A DNA stretch of 60,810 bases, the filler included. It is 3 parts of 3 records of this genome, joined end to end, with 100 filler letters (N's around TTAATTAATTAA, not from the genome) between each part and the next. Parts side by side here need not be neighbours in the genome. Positions count along the whole stretch, not along the records: positions 1 to 26,462 come from SRR22947727_1396; positions 26,563 to 52,376 come from SRR22947727_1397; 1 more part is not named here. One strand, written 5' to 3'. Shown here piece after piece: positions 21,409 to 32,364 of this stretch. The position numbers and the translations under genes are program-made. Below the pieces are notes generated by a model. The model saw only the letters and a list, made by a program, of their open reading frames with translations. It ran no database searches and had not been told where the DNA came from. The number at the start of each line of letters is the position of its first letter. Position 1 is the stretch's first letter.

Positions 21409-21510
21409 CACGATCGAATAGGGTTCATTCGATGAACTTACCCTATCTAATTAAAATCGTCTTTCGAACCAACAGGGTCCGTTCGATGAATCAACCCTAT
21501 TCGATCGTGA
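21409..21510. repeat. Two tandem palindromic REP-like elements
   Basis: CGATCGAATAGGGTTCATTCGATGAACTTACCCTAT (21411-21446) and TTCGAACCAACAGGGTCCGTTCGATGAATCAACCCTATTCGATCG (21463-21507). Confidence 0.85.
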
Positions 21511-21521
21511 AAACTGAATTC

Positions 21522-22367
21522 TCACTTGGACTCGTCCATCGCAATCAGCTCAGTGAGCGTCACAAAACGATACCCTTGAGCCAGCAATTGATCGAGGGCT
21601 GAAGGCATCGCGTCGACTGTGGAGCTGTGCAAATCGTGCACGAGAAGAATTCCACCGGGAGCTGCGCCTTTTACAAGACGACTTGCTACGAGCGATACAC
21701 CCGGCTTTTTCCAATCCTCAGGATCGACAGACCACAAAATCGTCGGGTAGCCAAATTCCTCCATCATATATTCTCTCTGCGAACTTTTAATCGCTCCACC
21801 CGGAGGTCGCATCGTGCGAGGGGCGATTCCCGTAATCTCAACAATTTGACGATGAGCGTCGGCCAATTCCTTCCGCAAACCAGAAGTTGAAAGACGCGAG
21901 AGCGTCGCGTGGGTCACCGTATGATTCCCAATCTCGTGGCCTGCTTCCGCCGTTTGTTTTAGAACATCGGGATACGAACTGACCATATCGCCGACGACGT
22001 AAAACGTGGCTTTGATATTTCGGTCCTTCAACATCTTCAGCAAACGAGGTGTGTTCTTCGGGTGCGGGCCATCGTCGAATGTGATCGCGATGACTTTCTG
22101 ATCGGTCTTAATCTGGGTGTATCTATTCGTCTTACCTGAAATCGATCCAGCTGCAGTGATCTCCTTCTTCCGCTCTTCCCAACCACTACTCTCAAAACCA
22201 ACAGCAATTGGTTTCGCGGGAGTTGGCTGTTTATTTGTTGCTTCCGGAACCGCAGGAACTTTCGTTGCCGCTGGCATCGTCAATTCGACGGGAATTTGGC
22301 AACTGGCCAGTACAAAAAGCACCGGAATAACCAGAAGTAAATTTCGGCTTTGGAAGAAATAAATCAT
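21522..22367 (-). CDS. Polysaccharide deacetylase (NodB/CE4) lipoprotein
   Basis: TFDDGP, HEIGNHTVTH, RPPGG, LVHD motifs; lipobox LASC. Confidence 0.95.
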   Translation of the reverse strand: MIYFFQSRNLLLVIPVLFVLASCQIPVELTMPAATKVPAVPEATNKQPTPAKPIAVGFESSGWEERKKEITAAGSISGKTNRYTQIKTDQKVIAITFDDGPHPKNTPRLLKMLKDRNIKATFYVVGDMVSSYPDVLKQTAEAGHEIGNHTVTHATLSRLSTSGLRKELADAHRQIVEITGIAPRTMRPPGGAIKSSQREYMMEEFGYPTILWSVDPEDWKKPGVSLVASRLVKGAAPGGILLVHDLHSSTVDAMPSALDQLLAQGYRFVTLTELIAMDESK

Positions 22368-22386
22368 TCGGGGAGGTTAAGAACTA

Positions 22387-23874
22387 TCACAGCATCCCGC
22401 CGTCTTTCAACTGACTCGTGAGTGCTATCTGTTGATCCAGCTTTTCCTGATACAACTCGGTAAATTCGGGATTCGGAAGGCAACGAGACGTTTCATCCAA
22501 CTCAACGAATCTTCCACACAATTCCTCGTAAGTGCCCTCTCCTGACGCTTGTGCAACTTGAATCGCTCCGCCCAGACTGGCACCCTCTGCCGTGGCCAAG
22601 CCAACTACAGGAACTCCGAAGACATCTGCCGAAATCTGACGCCACACGGGGCTTTTAGTTCCGCCGCCGGTCAGTCTAATTTCAGTCGGCGCAAGCCCCA
22701 ACTGAGAGAAGCGACGCAATCCGTATGCTAAACCGAGCGTCGCACCTTCCATCGCCGCGCGAGCCATATTTCCCGGAATTGCGTTTGTTCCATCCAACCC
22801 GTGAATGACGCCTTTTCCATTCGGCAAATTCGGAGTTCGCTCTCCATTCAGATAGGGAAGGAAACTGATTCCACCGGCTCCGGGTGCAGTCTTCGCGATT
22901 TCAGCTCCCATTTGATCCAACTCCCAGCCAAACCAACTGCGGACCTGCTCGGTCACGACAGTGACGTTCATGGTGCAAGCCAATGGCAGCCAACGGTCTG
23001 TGCTATCGCAAAAAGCAGCGATTTCACCATCGGGATCAATCACAGGTTCTCCCGCGCAGCCGTAAAGTGTGCCCGAAGTTCCAAAACTGGCGGTGATCAC
23101 CCCGGGCGTGATGTTGCCCGTACCGATCGCGCCCATCATATTATCGCCGCCGCCGGCAGATACGATGACTTCGCCGGAAAATCCGAGCTTCTCGGCAACA
23201 TTCCTACAAACTGTGCCATGTGGAACGTTCGATGAACCCAATTCAGGCAGCATTTCGCGAACAGACGGGTCAATAAAATCCACCAAATCCGTTTCCCATT
23301 CGCGCGTGCGAACATTCAAAATCCCCATGCCCGAAGCGTCGCCAAATTCCATGCGCTTTACGCCGGTCAGCCAAAAATTGATGTAATCGTGTGGCAACAG
23401 GATCGTTTTTACCTTCGCAAAATTCTCCGGCTCGTTTTGTTTCAGCCACAGCAGTTTCGGGATCGTATATCCGGGCAGCATCGTGTTTCCTGCTTTCGAA
23501 ATCAAACCGCTGGCTCCACCAAATTCAGCAACATACTGATCGCATTGGTCGGTCGTCGAGGTATCACACCATAATTTCGCGGGACGAATCACTTCTTCGT
23601 TTTCATCCAACACAACCAATCCGTGTTGCTGACCGCTGACTCCGATTCCGCGAATGTCGCCTTTTCGGTCACCAAGTTGCGACATGCAATTTGAGATCGA
23701 GCCTTCGACCGCATCAATCCAATCCTGCGGATTCTGTTCAAGATGCCCAGCTGGTAGACCATCGATCAGCTCATATTTCTGAGCAGCCTCTGCAATGATC
23801 TGGCCCGTGGCAAGATCGAGCACAATTGCTTTCGTGCTTTGAGTTCCGCTATCGATTCCGATATAAAGTGACAT
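22387..23874 (-). CDS. xylB: Xylulokinase
   Basis: GIDSGTQSTK, GVSGQQHG, GGGDN, PYLNGERTP motifs; start MSLYIG. Confidence 0.92.
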   Translation of the reverse strand: MSLYIGIDSGTQSTKAIVLDLATGQIIAEAAQKYELIDGLPAGHLEQNPQDWIDAVEGSISNCMSQLGDRKGDIRGIGVSGQQHGLVVLDENEEVIRPAKLWCDTSTTDQCDQYVAEFGGASGLISKAGNTMLPGYTIPKLLWLKQNEPENFAKVKTILLPHDYINFWLTGVKRMEFGDASGMGILNVRTREWETDLVDFIDPSVREMLPELGSSNVPHGTVCRNVAEKLGFSGEVIVSAGGGDNMMGAIGTGNITPGVITASFGTSGTLYGCAGEPVIDPDGEIAAFCDSTDRWLPLACTMNVTVVTEQVRSWFGWELDQMGAEIAKTAPGAGGISFLPYLNGERTPNLPNGKGVIHGLDGTNAIPGNMARAAMEGATLGLAYGLRRFSQLGLAPTEIRLTGGGTKSPVWRQISADVFGVPVVGLATAEGASLGGAIQVAQASGEGTYEELCGRFVELDETSRCLPNPEFTELYQEKLDQQIALTSQLKDGGML

Positions 23875-23960
23875 GCGGAATTGGTAGCGGTTTTGAGGCG
23901 GCGATTCAACAGGTAAAACGACTCGCAAGATGCCGAATTCTATTTCAAATTGAAATCTCC

Positions 23961-24347
23961 ATGGCTTACAGCGAAATCATAGCAGACCGCATACGAATCG
24001 CATTTGCAGATCGAAATACGGATTTTACAGAGAAAAAGATGATGGGCGGGCTCTGTTTCATGGTCGATGAAAAGATGTGCTGTGGCGTTCACATCGATAA
24101 AAAATCCGAAGCCAGCCTGCTGATGATTCGGGTTGGCGAGAAGGTCGCGGAAGAACTTCTCGAAAGCGGCGACCCCGACGTCGAGCCAATGGATTTCACA
24201 GGGCGTCCCATGAAAGGTTACCTTTTTGTCGGCGAAACCGGATTCAACACGGGAAAATCGCCGGGTCGATTTATTCAGCTCTGTCTCGATTTTAATCCGC
24301 TGGCAAAAGCTTCCCGAAATAAATCGCCGAAGAAAAAATCGAGCTGA
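23961..24347 (+). CDS. TfoX/Sxy N-terminal domain protein
   Basis: MAY..., EKKMMGGLCFMVDEKMCCG, MDFTGRPMKGYLFV motifs. Confidence 0.85.
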   Translation: MAYSEIIADRIRIAFADRNTDFTEKKMMGGLCFMVDEKMCCGVHIDKKSEASLLMIRVGEKVAEELLESGDPDVEPMDFTGRPMKGYLFVGETGFNTGKSPGRFIQLCLDFNPLAKASRNKSPKKKSS

Positions 24348-24422
24348 ATTCGACGTTTTTCTCACCAATCGCGCCACTAATTTCAGGGTTCCTTTTTTCC
24401 CAGCTGACGTATCTTTTTCGAC

Positions 24423-25790
24423 ATGAAAAACGCTCCACGTCGCCATTTCCTGAAACAAACTGCGGCTATTGCTGCTGGGTTTTCTGGATTGAACGCATTG
24501 TTGTCAGGCTCCGCACGAGCTCAGGATATCGCGAAATACGGCAAGCTCGTTATCGATCCTGATAAGATCCTCGATCTACCAAAAGGGTTCAGTTATCGGG
24601 TGGTTTCAAAAATGGGCGACCCAATGTCCGATGGATTTAAAGTTCCGGGTAAACATGATGGCATGGCCGTTTTTCAGCACGACGAAGACCGCGTCGTTCT
24701 TGTTCGGAATCACGAATTAGGCCACAATCATTTCAAATTAGGCCCTTTCGAAGACAATACTAAATTGCCCGACTCAATCGATAAATCGTTGGTTTTTGAT
24801 CCGGGCACTAAAGATTATCAACCCTTTGTCGGCGGCACCACGAACGTCGTCTACAACACGAAAACAGGAAAAATCGATTCTGAGTTCATTAGCCTTTTGG
24901 GGACCGACCGGAATTGCGCGGGCGGCCCTACACCATGGGGAACATGGGTCACGTGCGAGGAGCCTGCTGATACAACGAGCGAGTGGGGTCTGAACCACGG
25001 CTGGTGTTTCGAAGTTCCTGCAACGACGACGGTTGGGATGACGAAACCCGTTCCACTGAAAGCAATGGGCCGGATGCGACACGAAGCCATCGCGGTCGAT
25101 GAAGCCAGCGGCGCAGTTTTCCTGACGGAAGATCGAAACGACGGCTGCATTTATCGATTTCTACCAACAACAAAGGGGAAACTAGCCGACGGAGGAAAAT
25201 TACAGGCACTGGCAATTCGAGGCCAAAAAAGTGCAGATACGTCGAACTGGCCGGAAATGACTTCGAAAAAATTCCCCATCCACACGCGTTTCAAGTGCGA
25301 TTGGATCGACTTGGACGAAGTAGAATCACCCAAAGATGATCTCCGATTGCTGGCTCAGAAAGCGGGGGCGGCCCGTTTCACACGCGGCGAAGGCATGTGG
25401 TATGGCAGCGCTGAATCCGTCGGGCGGGCGTCGATTTTCTGGGCATGCACTGACGGCGGCGCAAAACGATTCGGCCAGATTTTCCGCTATTTCCCTGACA
25501 CCGATGAAGTCGAACTTTTCATCGAACCCAATGACGACAGTCTATTAAAAAACGCCGATAACATTACGATCGCGCCGTGGGGTGATCTTTTTATCTGCGA
25601 AGACACCAAAGGCTTCAATCACCTCCGCGGGGTGACTCCAGAAGGCCAACTTTACACGCTTGCCCGAAACGCGCAGAAAAATGGCGAGTTCGCCGGAGCC
25701 TGCATGAACGCGGACGGCAGCGTCCTGTTCGTTAATCTTCAAGCCGAAGGACTCACGCTTGCGATCACCGGTCCCTGGGATGCCGCCTAG
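24423..25790 (+). CDS. PhoX-like alkaline phosphatase (DUF839), Tat-exported
   Basis: RRHFLK signal; LVRNHE, NCAGGPTPWGTWVTCEE, MGRMRHEA, DNIT, EFAG motifs. Confidence 0.9.
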   Translation: MKNAPRRHFLKQTAAIAAGFSGLNALLSGSARAQDIAKYGKLVIDPDKILDLPKGFSYRVVSKMGDPMSDGFKVPGKHDGMAVFQHDEDRVVLVRNHELGHNHFKLGPFEDNTKLPDSIDKSLVFDPGTKDYQPFVGGTTNVVYNTKTGKIDSEFISLLGTDRNCAGGPTPWGTWVTCEEPADTTSEWGLNHGWCFEVPATTTVGMTKPVPLKAMGRMRHEAIAVDEASGAVFLTEDRNDGCIYRFLPTTKGKLADGGKLQALAIRGQKSADTSNWPEMTSKKFPIHTRFKCDWIDLDEVESPKDDLRLLAQKAGAARFTRGEGMWYGSAESVGRASIFWACTDGGAKRFGQIFRYFPDTDEVELFIEPNDDSLLKNADNITIAPWGDLFICEDTKGFNHLRGVTPEGQLYTLARNAQKNGEFAGACMNADGSVLFVNLQAEGLTLAITGPWDAA

Positions 25791-25796
25791 CCAACC

Positions 25797-26363
25797 ATGA
25801 GAGAAAAAATCGCGCTTTTCGGCGGAACCTTCGATCCCGTCCACAACGGCCATCTCGATCTCGTCGAAAAAGCGAAGGTCGAATGTGACCTCGACCGCGT
25901 CATCTTGATCCCTTGCGCTCAATCACCTTTTAAAACGGGCAGCAAGACCACCGCCGATGCCGAAGAGCGATTTCAGATGCTCAAAAATGCCATCGCTGAA
26001 CGCGGGTGGGAAGATTGGGCTGAAGCTTCACGGCTTGAAATCGACCGGCCGCCACCAAGCTTTTCATGGGAAACCGCGGAGCATTATCGCAACTTTTTTC
26101 CCGATGCAGAGCTGTTTTGGATTCTCGGAACAGATCAGTGGGATTCGATTGAGCGCTGGGCCGAACCCGAAAAGCTGCGCAATTTGCTGAAATTCATTGT
26201 GGTTACCCGAAACGATACGCTGGTTCAAGATCGCCCAAAATGGCAGGAAATTTCGATTCGCTTTGAGCATCCAGCGTCATCGACAGCCATCCGCGAGGGC
26301 GGTGCAGACAACGGTTGGATTCCCGAATCGAATCAACCGCTCGTCTCAGAGATTTATTCATAG
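25797..26363 (+). CDS. nadD: Nicotinate-nucleotide adenylyltransferase
   Basis: GGTFDPVHNGH, WILGTD, SSTAIR motifs. Confidence 0.95.
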   Translation: MREKIALFGGTFDPVHNGHLDLVEKAKVECDLDRVILIPCAQSPFKTGSKTTADAEERFQMLKNAIAERGWEDWAEASRLEIDRPPPSFSWETAEHYRNFFPDAELFWILGTDQWDSIERWAEPEKLRNLLKFIVVTRNDTLVQDRPKWQEISIRFEHPASSTAIREGGADNGWIPESNQPLVSEIYS

Positions 26364-26413
26364 ACGCAAAAAAGCCGTCCTTTTCAGAACGGCTTCTTCA
26401 AAATTTGAGGTTT

Positions 26414-26462
26414 TTCGATCGAATAGGGCCAGTTCGATGAACCAACCCTATTGATTCGAAAA
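26414..26462. repeat. Full palindromic REP-like element at contig end
   Basis: TTCGATCGAATAGGGCCAGTTCGATGAACCAACCCTATTGATTCGAA. Confidence 0.85.
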
Positions 26463-26562
26463 NNNNNNNNNNNNNNNNNNNNNNNNNNNNNNNNNNNNNN
26501 NNNNNNTTAATTAATTAANNNNNNNNNNNNNNNNNNNNNNNNNNNNNNNNNNNNNNNNNNNN
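26463..26562. other. Artificial contig spacer
   Basis: N44-TTAATTAATTAA-N44, stop codons in all six frames. Confidence 0.99.
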
Positions 26563-28593
26563 AGCTTTCATTTGTAAATGTTGCATGATATGAGAATGTA
26601 TTAAAGCTTGAACTTGAGCATTCATTTGCACCGGAGGTGTGTTTAACAGAGACATATGAATTGAAATATGTGCATCATGATTTTGTTGTGGGAATGCTTG
26701 AGCTTGTTGTCCTAATAGTAATTGATTATTTTCAAAGCCAGCTTCCAAAGGAAGAGGATCTGTAGGGGGTGGAGGTGTTAATATTTGCTCTACATTATCT
26801 ACGCCTATTGCAGCGTACATTCTTTTGTAAGCTTCATATGTACCGTTAGGCCCATGCACTTGCGGATTGGATTGCACCAATTGCATCATTTCTTGTGCCA
26901 TAGCAATTCTTTGTGATTGACTGAATATGTCAGGATTGGATATTGGGAATATATCTACCTTTTCATCAAAATCAGAAAGTTTTATAGTTGTTTCATTATT
27001 TGCTACAGAATATGGATATTCTTGTGGCAAGTATTCTTGAAACACTTTTGACAATATTTTAAATTCTTTCTTTTGTGAATTGTGCAAACGTTTATGAATA
27101 GCAGACAATACTTTTGTAGATCTTTCTAATAATGCAAGTGTTGTACCTACCGGAGCGTTTGGATTGCCTTGACCTGTATTTATTTCAGCAATAGATGCAA
27201 ACTTTTGTCCTGAATTAACCAACATGTTTAATAACTGAAGCAAGGTTCCACTAGGCTCTTTAAATGGTAGTGGCTGTATTGAATCTCTTAACGATCCACC
27301 TGGAGCATCTACATCTCTAAATTCTCCTGGTTGTATTGGAGTGTCTTCGTCTCTAATTCTAATGCCTCTGGTCTTAAAACCAGCAGGTAGATTAGCTAAA
27401 GTACCAGCATCAATTAATTGCCTCATGATAGATGTTGAAGCTTTTGATAAACCACCAATCATATGAGTTAATCCAAATCCATAAAACCCTAAACCTGGCA
27501 AAAACTTAAAGTGAACAAAATATTCTATTTTATTTTTAAGTGCGTCATCTTCTTTATAGTTTCTTCTAACAGAAAGAACGTCATTTGAATTAGTATCTAT
27601 AGTAACGATATAAGGCAGTTTAACACCAGTCAACTGACCTTCTTCGTCCGTATCTTCAAAACCTTCTAACTCTAAATTGCAATGGACTTCGTATAAAAGA
27701 GAAACTTCGCCATCATCATATGAAGGCTCCATGCCAGAAAGTTTATCTATTTCTTCTTTAACACCACTATACTCGTCAGCACTATCACCACTACTTATAT
27801 CTATCTTTTTATAAAATCCTATGGATTGCAGTTTTCTAACTTCATTTTCAGCAATTTTAATAACGTTTGTAATTCTAGGACAAGTTTCTAAATCAGTTGT
27901 GTAGTAAGGAACTATTAGATCTTCAGGTGCAATAAACTTTGATACGGCCCTTCCCAAGCTTTCATCATAATAAACTTTTTTAAAAGATGATCCTGCTAAA
28001 GGCAGATAAAAAAGCATTTGGTCTAACTCTTCATCAAACTCTTCCATTACATGAGTAATTTGATAATTCATAAATTCTTTAACTCTTTGTGCTTGTTCTT
28101 CTACCAGAGAATCATAGGCACCTATGACTTGAGTTTTAACTGGACCGCCAGACGGCAACAGTTCTTTATAAGCTTGAGCCTGAAAAGTTGTTACGGCTTC
28201 ACCTAACAAAGGATGAATAACTCCACTTGCGCCCTCAAAAGGTTCAGACCTTTCGGCATCAAAGCGCATCCCAAGGTATTCTAAACCGTCTTTATATGTT
28301 TTCTCCCAGTCTTCCCTAGAAGCTTTGTCTTTTTCTATTCCTGCAATTAATTCATTTGCAATATTTCTTAATTCTTGAGGATCTAAAACTTCAGCTAAAT
28401 TGCTATCAAAATCTGTATCTACTTCCTCGGCAATTGATGCTCCAAGAATGGCGCTACCATCTTCTTGCATTTCAAAACCTTCAGCTCCTCTTTCTTTAAT
28501 TGCTTCTATAACAATTTGCATGTCTTCTTGACCAAGCGGCACTTGATTTTGTTCATTTAATACCGTTGGGTTTATATCTTTTTCTATTGCCAT
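26563..28593 (-). CDS. Phage portal protein (3'-truncated)
   Basis: PFEGASGVIHPLLGEA, LPLAGSSFKKVYYD, GFYGFGLTHMIGGL, QLIDAGTLANLPAGFK motifs; follows TerL. Confidence 0.9.
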
Positions 28594-28597
28594 AATC

Positions 28598-30058
28598 CTA
28601 GTAGTATATTCTCCTTACTGGTGCTTTTTCTTTGTCTGTATAATCATCGTCAAGAGAAACTAATCCACCCTCTCTAAAACGCATCAAAGCTTGTGTCATA
28701 GTATCACATAGGTCATCATTTTTACCAAAAGGAAATGCAGCACACTCTTCTATCATCTCTTCTGCAAATTTCTTTTCAGGCGCATACACCAACCCAGACT
28801 CAAATATAGGTGCAACTGAATGCATTCTGGTTGATTTGTCATGCCCTCTGGTTGGAGAATAATTAACTACCGGTATCCCCAATCTCCTGAGTTCATGCGT
28901 CAAAGGAGTTCCTGAAGCTTTAGCTTCAATTAAAACCATATCAGGTTCCCAGTATTGATATTCTTCGTATGCTACTCTTTTTAATTCTGGAAAATCCCAA
29001 CGGTCTTTTTGTGCATCTAATAAAATTACGCAATCAGGAGAATCAGGCGTAGGTTTAAATACGCCCCACGTTGAAATAGCAGAATAGTCTGCGTTTTCTT
29101 TTTTACTAAACGCAGTATCATAACTTTGAATGATATAACTAACGGGCGGTAAAACTTCGCTTTCCCAAGCCTTCCACCACTCTCTTTTAACAATAGATCC
29201 TTCTTCGGATGTAGGAGTCTGCATCCATTGTGCATTCCATTTTTGCACCGGCAAAGATGCTTTAACCTTTGTCAGTTCATCCATAGACCAGAACTCAGGC
29301 CATAAAGCATTATTGGTTTCAGGGAATATAGCTGGAAACTCTACCATTTCCCATTGGTCAGCCGATAACTCTTTTTGAGAATCCAACAACTTTGCGGTTA
29401 AATCTATTGAACTCCAACGAGTCATTACCAATATAATAGCTCCACCTGGTTGCAAACGTTGTCTCGGTCCAGATGTGTACCATTCCCAACACGCTTCCAT
29501 AGCAGTAGGGCTAAGAGCGTCTTGCTCTGAATGAGGGTCATCAATAATTAATAAATCTGCACCACGACCCGTAATCGCTCCTCCCACACCTGCTGCAAAG
29601 TATTCGCCACCTTTATCAGTTTCCCAACGACCTGCTGATTTAGAGTCTGCTTGTAATTGAACTTTTGGAAATATTTGTTTGTATTCATCCGTATCCATCA
29701 TGTTACGAACCTTACGACCAAATCGTACAGCTAACTCCCCTGTGTGAGTTGTTTGCATAATCTTTCTTTTTGGTTGCTTGCCCATAATCCAAGCAGGAAA
29801 ATAAGTGGAACAGAACTCAGACTTTGTATGTCTGGGCGGCATATTAATAATAAGCCTATTGCACTTACCATTAGCAACGTCCTCTAGTTTTTGTGCAAAT
29901 ATTTTATGGTGACGGCCACAAATAAACTCTGGCCACATATGATCAATAAACTCTAAGAACGTTTCTTGGCAACCATTTTGCTTCTTTAACAGTTCTAAGC
30001 GTTCTTTTAAAACTAAGGTTTCTTTGATCTCTTGATCGGAAAGATGAGCCAGATTCAT
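28598..30058 (-). CDS. terL: Terminase large subunit
   Basis: NMPPRHTKSE Walker A, ITGRGADLLIIDDP Walker B, MTRW, SYDTA and IEAKASG nuclease motifs, FPFGKNDDLCD. Confidence 0.96.
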   Translation of the reverse strand: MNLAHLSDQEIKETLVLKERLELLKKQNGCQETFLEFIDHMWPEFICGRHHKIFAQKLEDVANGKCNRLIINMPPRHTKSEFCSTYFPAWIMGKQPKRKIMQTTHTGELAVRFGRKVRNMMDTDEYKQIFPKVQLQADSKSAGRWETDKGGEYFAAGVGGAITGRGADLLIIDDPHSEQDALSPTAMEACWEWYTSGPRQRLQPGGAIILVMTRWSSIDLTAKLLDSQKELSADQWEMVEFPAIFPETNNALWPEFWSMDELTKVKASLPVQKWNAQWMQTPTSEEGSIVKREWWKAWESEVLPPVSYIIQSYDTAFSKKENADYSAISTWGVFKPTPDSPDCVILLDAQKDRWDFPELKRVAYEEYQYWEPDMVLIEAKASGTPLTHELRRLGIPVVNYSPTRGHDKSTRMHSVAPIFESGLVYAPEKKFAEEMIEECAAFPFGKNDDLCDTMTQALMRFREGGLVSLDDDYTDKEKAPVRRIYY

Positions 30059-32364
30059 AAAGCGGCTAACATATTTTCTATACTGACAGGACCACCATCC
30101 TTAAATGCATCTACGCCCTTATCTTGAACTAACTTTCTTATTTCGTCATCAATCTTTACGTAAGTGCCATCAAGCACATCAGTAGGAGAGCCTTTAAATG
30201 TTTTTATGTATTTCTTTGGATCTTGACCCAGCTCTTTAATAATTTTAGCTATTTCATCTTCAGCTTCTCTGTAAGTAAATTTCAGTATGTCAAAATCACT
30301 ACCACCTTCTTTTCCTAGTCTTTTAGCGGCTGAATCAATAGACATACCATCTTTTCCTTCTACAACTGCTCTTAAAAAATTAGATCTTATAGGAAACTTT
30401 GTGACGTTACTTCTGGCCCCTTTTGCATAAGGATCTATTGCGTATCCTTTAAGTAATTCAGGATTAATTTTAGTTGCCTTTTTAAGTATGGAAAGACCGT
30501 TGCCAATATCAAAAGTTTGGTCGCTGTTGTTAGCTAGCGTATTAAAATAATTTAAAGCTCTTTCTTCAGGAGTGCCTGGTCCGTACTTCTGATTTATGGC
30601 TCCTGTGTTCCTACCTCCTACGCGTTCAAATTCGTAAAATATTTCATCCACGCTTTTATCAAGAGATTCAATAAACGGTTTGCCTGTGGCTTGTTCTAAA
30701 TCTGTTTTGCTTAAAGTAAATTCACTAAAATTACCAAAACTATTGGGAGGAACAAGTTCAATTATTTCTTTGTCTATTTCTGCTAGTTCCTCATTAATTT
30801 TTAAGTAGGAAGGTGAATCAGGTGTCAAGCCTGATGTTTTTAAATCATTTTGTAATTTAAATTTATCTTGAGCTAATTTATTAACTTTAGGTACGTTTTG
30901 GTTGTATTCATTCAATCCCTTTTTTAAAATTGCCAATTGTTTACCATCTACGTAAGGTGTTATTGGTAAAGCTGCTTGTGCTTCCTTTACAATAGGAATT
31001 AAATCTGCAAAGTATTTTTCCCTTACAAGATTTGGAATAGCCTCTGCTACGTCTTCATCATCATCTATTACTCTTTTATATAATTTACCAACGGGAGTTT
31101 TATCGTTTAAAGTATCTTTAAAAAATTTATCTCTAAGCTTAGACGGAGATAAATTTGGGGCTTCTCTTACAGTTGCTATTACTGCTTCTTCAATAAAATC
31201 CCTTGCATCTTCAATTCCCATATCATCAAAAACATTTTTTAATTCAGTTTGATATTTAATTGCTTGAAGTTGTTCCCTTTTATTTTTTGTAGCTAGATTG
31301 CCAAGTTCTTCTGCGTAATCAGATTGGATTCTTGCTACGTTTAATAAATTATTTCCACCTACAAAGTTTTTTACGTCTGCAGAAAAATTGGGGTTTTGCA
31401 AAGTATCCATAGCTCTTAAATCTAAATCAGCAATACTGTCAAAAGCAAAATTATTTTTATGTACGTCGTCGCCGCTGTAGTGTGAAAAGTTTTTCTTTCT
31501 ACTTAAATCTCTGATGTGATAAGTGTTTTCTTTTATGCCACTAATTCCAAGACCTTCTATGTAACTCTCATATTGATTGTCATTTATACGTCTTCTGCTC
31601 AAGGCTCCTTGTTGGTTAGATTTAATGTAGTTAGCTAATCTTTGTCTGGTAATCTTGCCTTGAGGGTTCCTTATCTCAAGCTCACTCATCAACTTAGGAT
31701 GTATTTCGCCTGTTTCATCAATTAAATTAAGCAGTCTTAATTCACCTTCAGGCACTCCGCTTTGTTTAATTTGGTTTATAAAAGTTTGTGCCTTACCTTG
31801 ATTGGGTAGTTTCTTGCTTGTGTTTACAAACTTAGCGGCTTTTGAAGTTAAGCCTTTGTTTGTTAAATCAGAAACCGTTGTTTCAATACCTTTATTATCA
31901 AACACAGTTCCTGGGTACATTTGCTCATCTAATGATAACGGTTTGAACTCTTCAACTTTAGGGATTGGAAGATCCTTTGCGGTTTCTTTTACAACTTTAG
32001 CGGGTTCTAAATTTTCTAATAACTTAACTTCTGTTTTAGGAACTGCTTTTACAGTCTTAGCTCCTCTGAACAATCTAAAGATAGGAATCAAACTAAGACC
32101 GGCTAGTGCGGATAAGCCGAAATTTCCTAAAGCTCCAAGGAACTCTTCCTCTTTTAGGCTTTCGGAGCCTCTTTTACTAAACTCTCCAACTTCGTAAATG
32201 GCAAGTGCATCTCCTACACCGGGAGATACACTAATGGCCAACTGATCCACAATCGGCAGTTCTTCAAAATCACGATAGGCATCACGAATGTTACCTTGTT
32301 TCGCTGCTTTTTTAAGGTTTGTTATTACTTCTGATCTAGTCGCCACGCTCTCTACCTCTGCCAA
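30055..32364 (-). CDS. Large phage protein, probably virion-associated or ejected
   Basis: 769 aa; N-terminal SPGVGDA...LSLIP hydrophobic hairpin, GVPEGEL and RIQSD segments, C-terminal FKDGG. Confidence 0.6.
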   Translation of the reverse strand: MAEVESVATRSEVITNLKKAAKQGNIRDAYRDFEELPIVDQLAISVSPGVGDALAIYEVGEFSKRGSESLKEEEFLGALGNFGLSALAGLSLIPIFRLFRGAKTVKAVPKTEVKLLENLEPAKVVKETAKDLPIPKVEEFKPLSLDEQMYPGTVFDNKGIETTVSDLTNKGLTSKAAKFVNTSKKLPNQGKAQTFINQIKQSGVPEGELRLLNLIDETGEIHPKLMSELEIRNPQGKITRQRLANYIKSNQQGALSRRRINDNQYESYIEGLGISGIKENTYHIRDLSRKKNFSHYSGDDVHKNNFAFDSIADLDLRAMDTLQNPNFSADVKNFVGGNNLLNVARIQSDYAEELGNLATKNKREQLQAIKYQTELKNVFDDMGIEDARDFIEEAVIATVREAPNLSPSKLRDKFFKDTLNDKTPVGKLYKRVIDDDEDVAEAIPNLVREKYFADLIPIVKEAQAALPITPYVDGKQLAILKKGLNEYNQNVPKVNKLAQDKFKLQNDLKTSGLTPDSPSYLKINEELAEIDKEIIELVPPNSFGNFSEFTLSKTDLEQATGKPFIESLDKSVDEIFYEFERVGGRNTGAINQKYGPGTPEERALNYFNTLANNSDQTFDIGNGLSILKKATKINPELLKGYAIDPYAKGARSNVTKFPIRSNFLRAVVEGKDGMSIDSAAKRLGKEGGSDFDILKFTYREAEDEIAKIIKELGQDPKKYIKTFKGSPTDVLDGTYVKIDDEIRKLVQDKGVDAFKDGGPVSIENMLAAL

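Noticed and set aside
26463-26562. TTAATTAATTAA direct repeat flanking the phage (also 52421-52432) as att sites
   Set aside because: It is embedded in N runs and is a six-frame-stop concatenation linker; the adjacency of contigs is not biological, so no prophage call is made.
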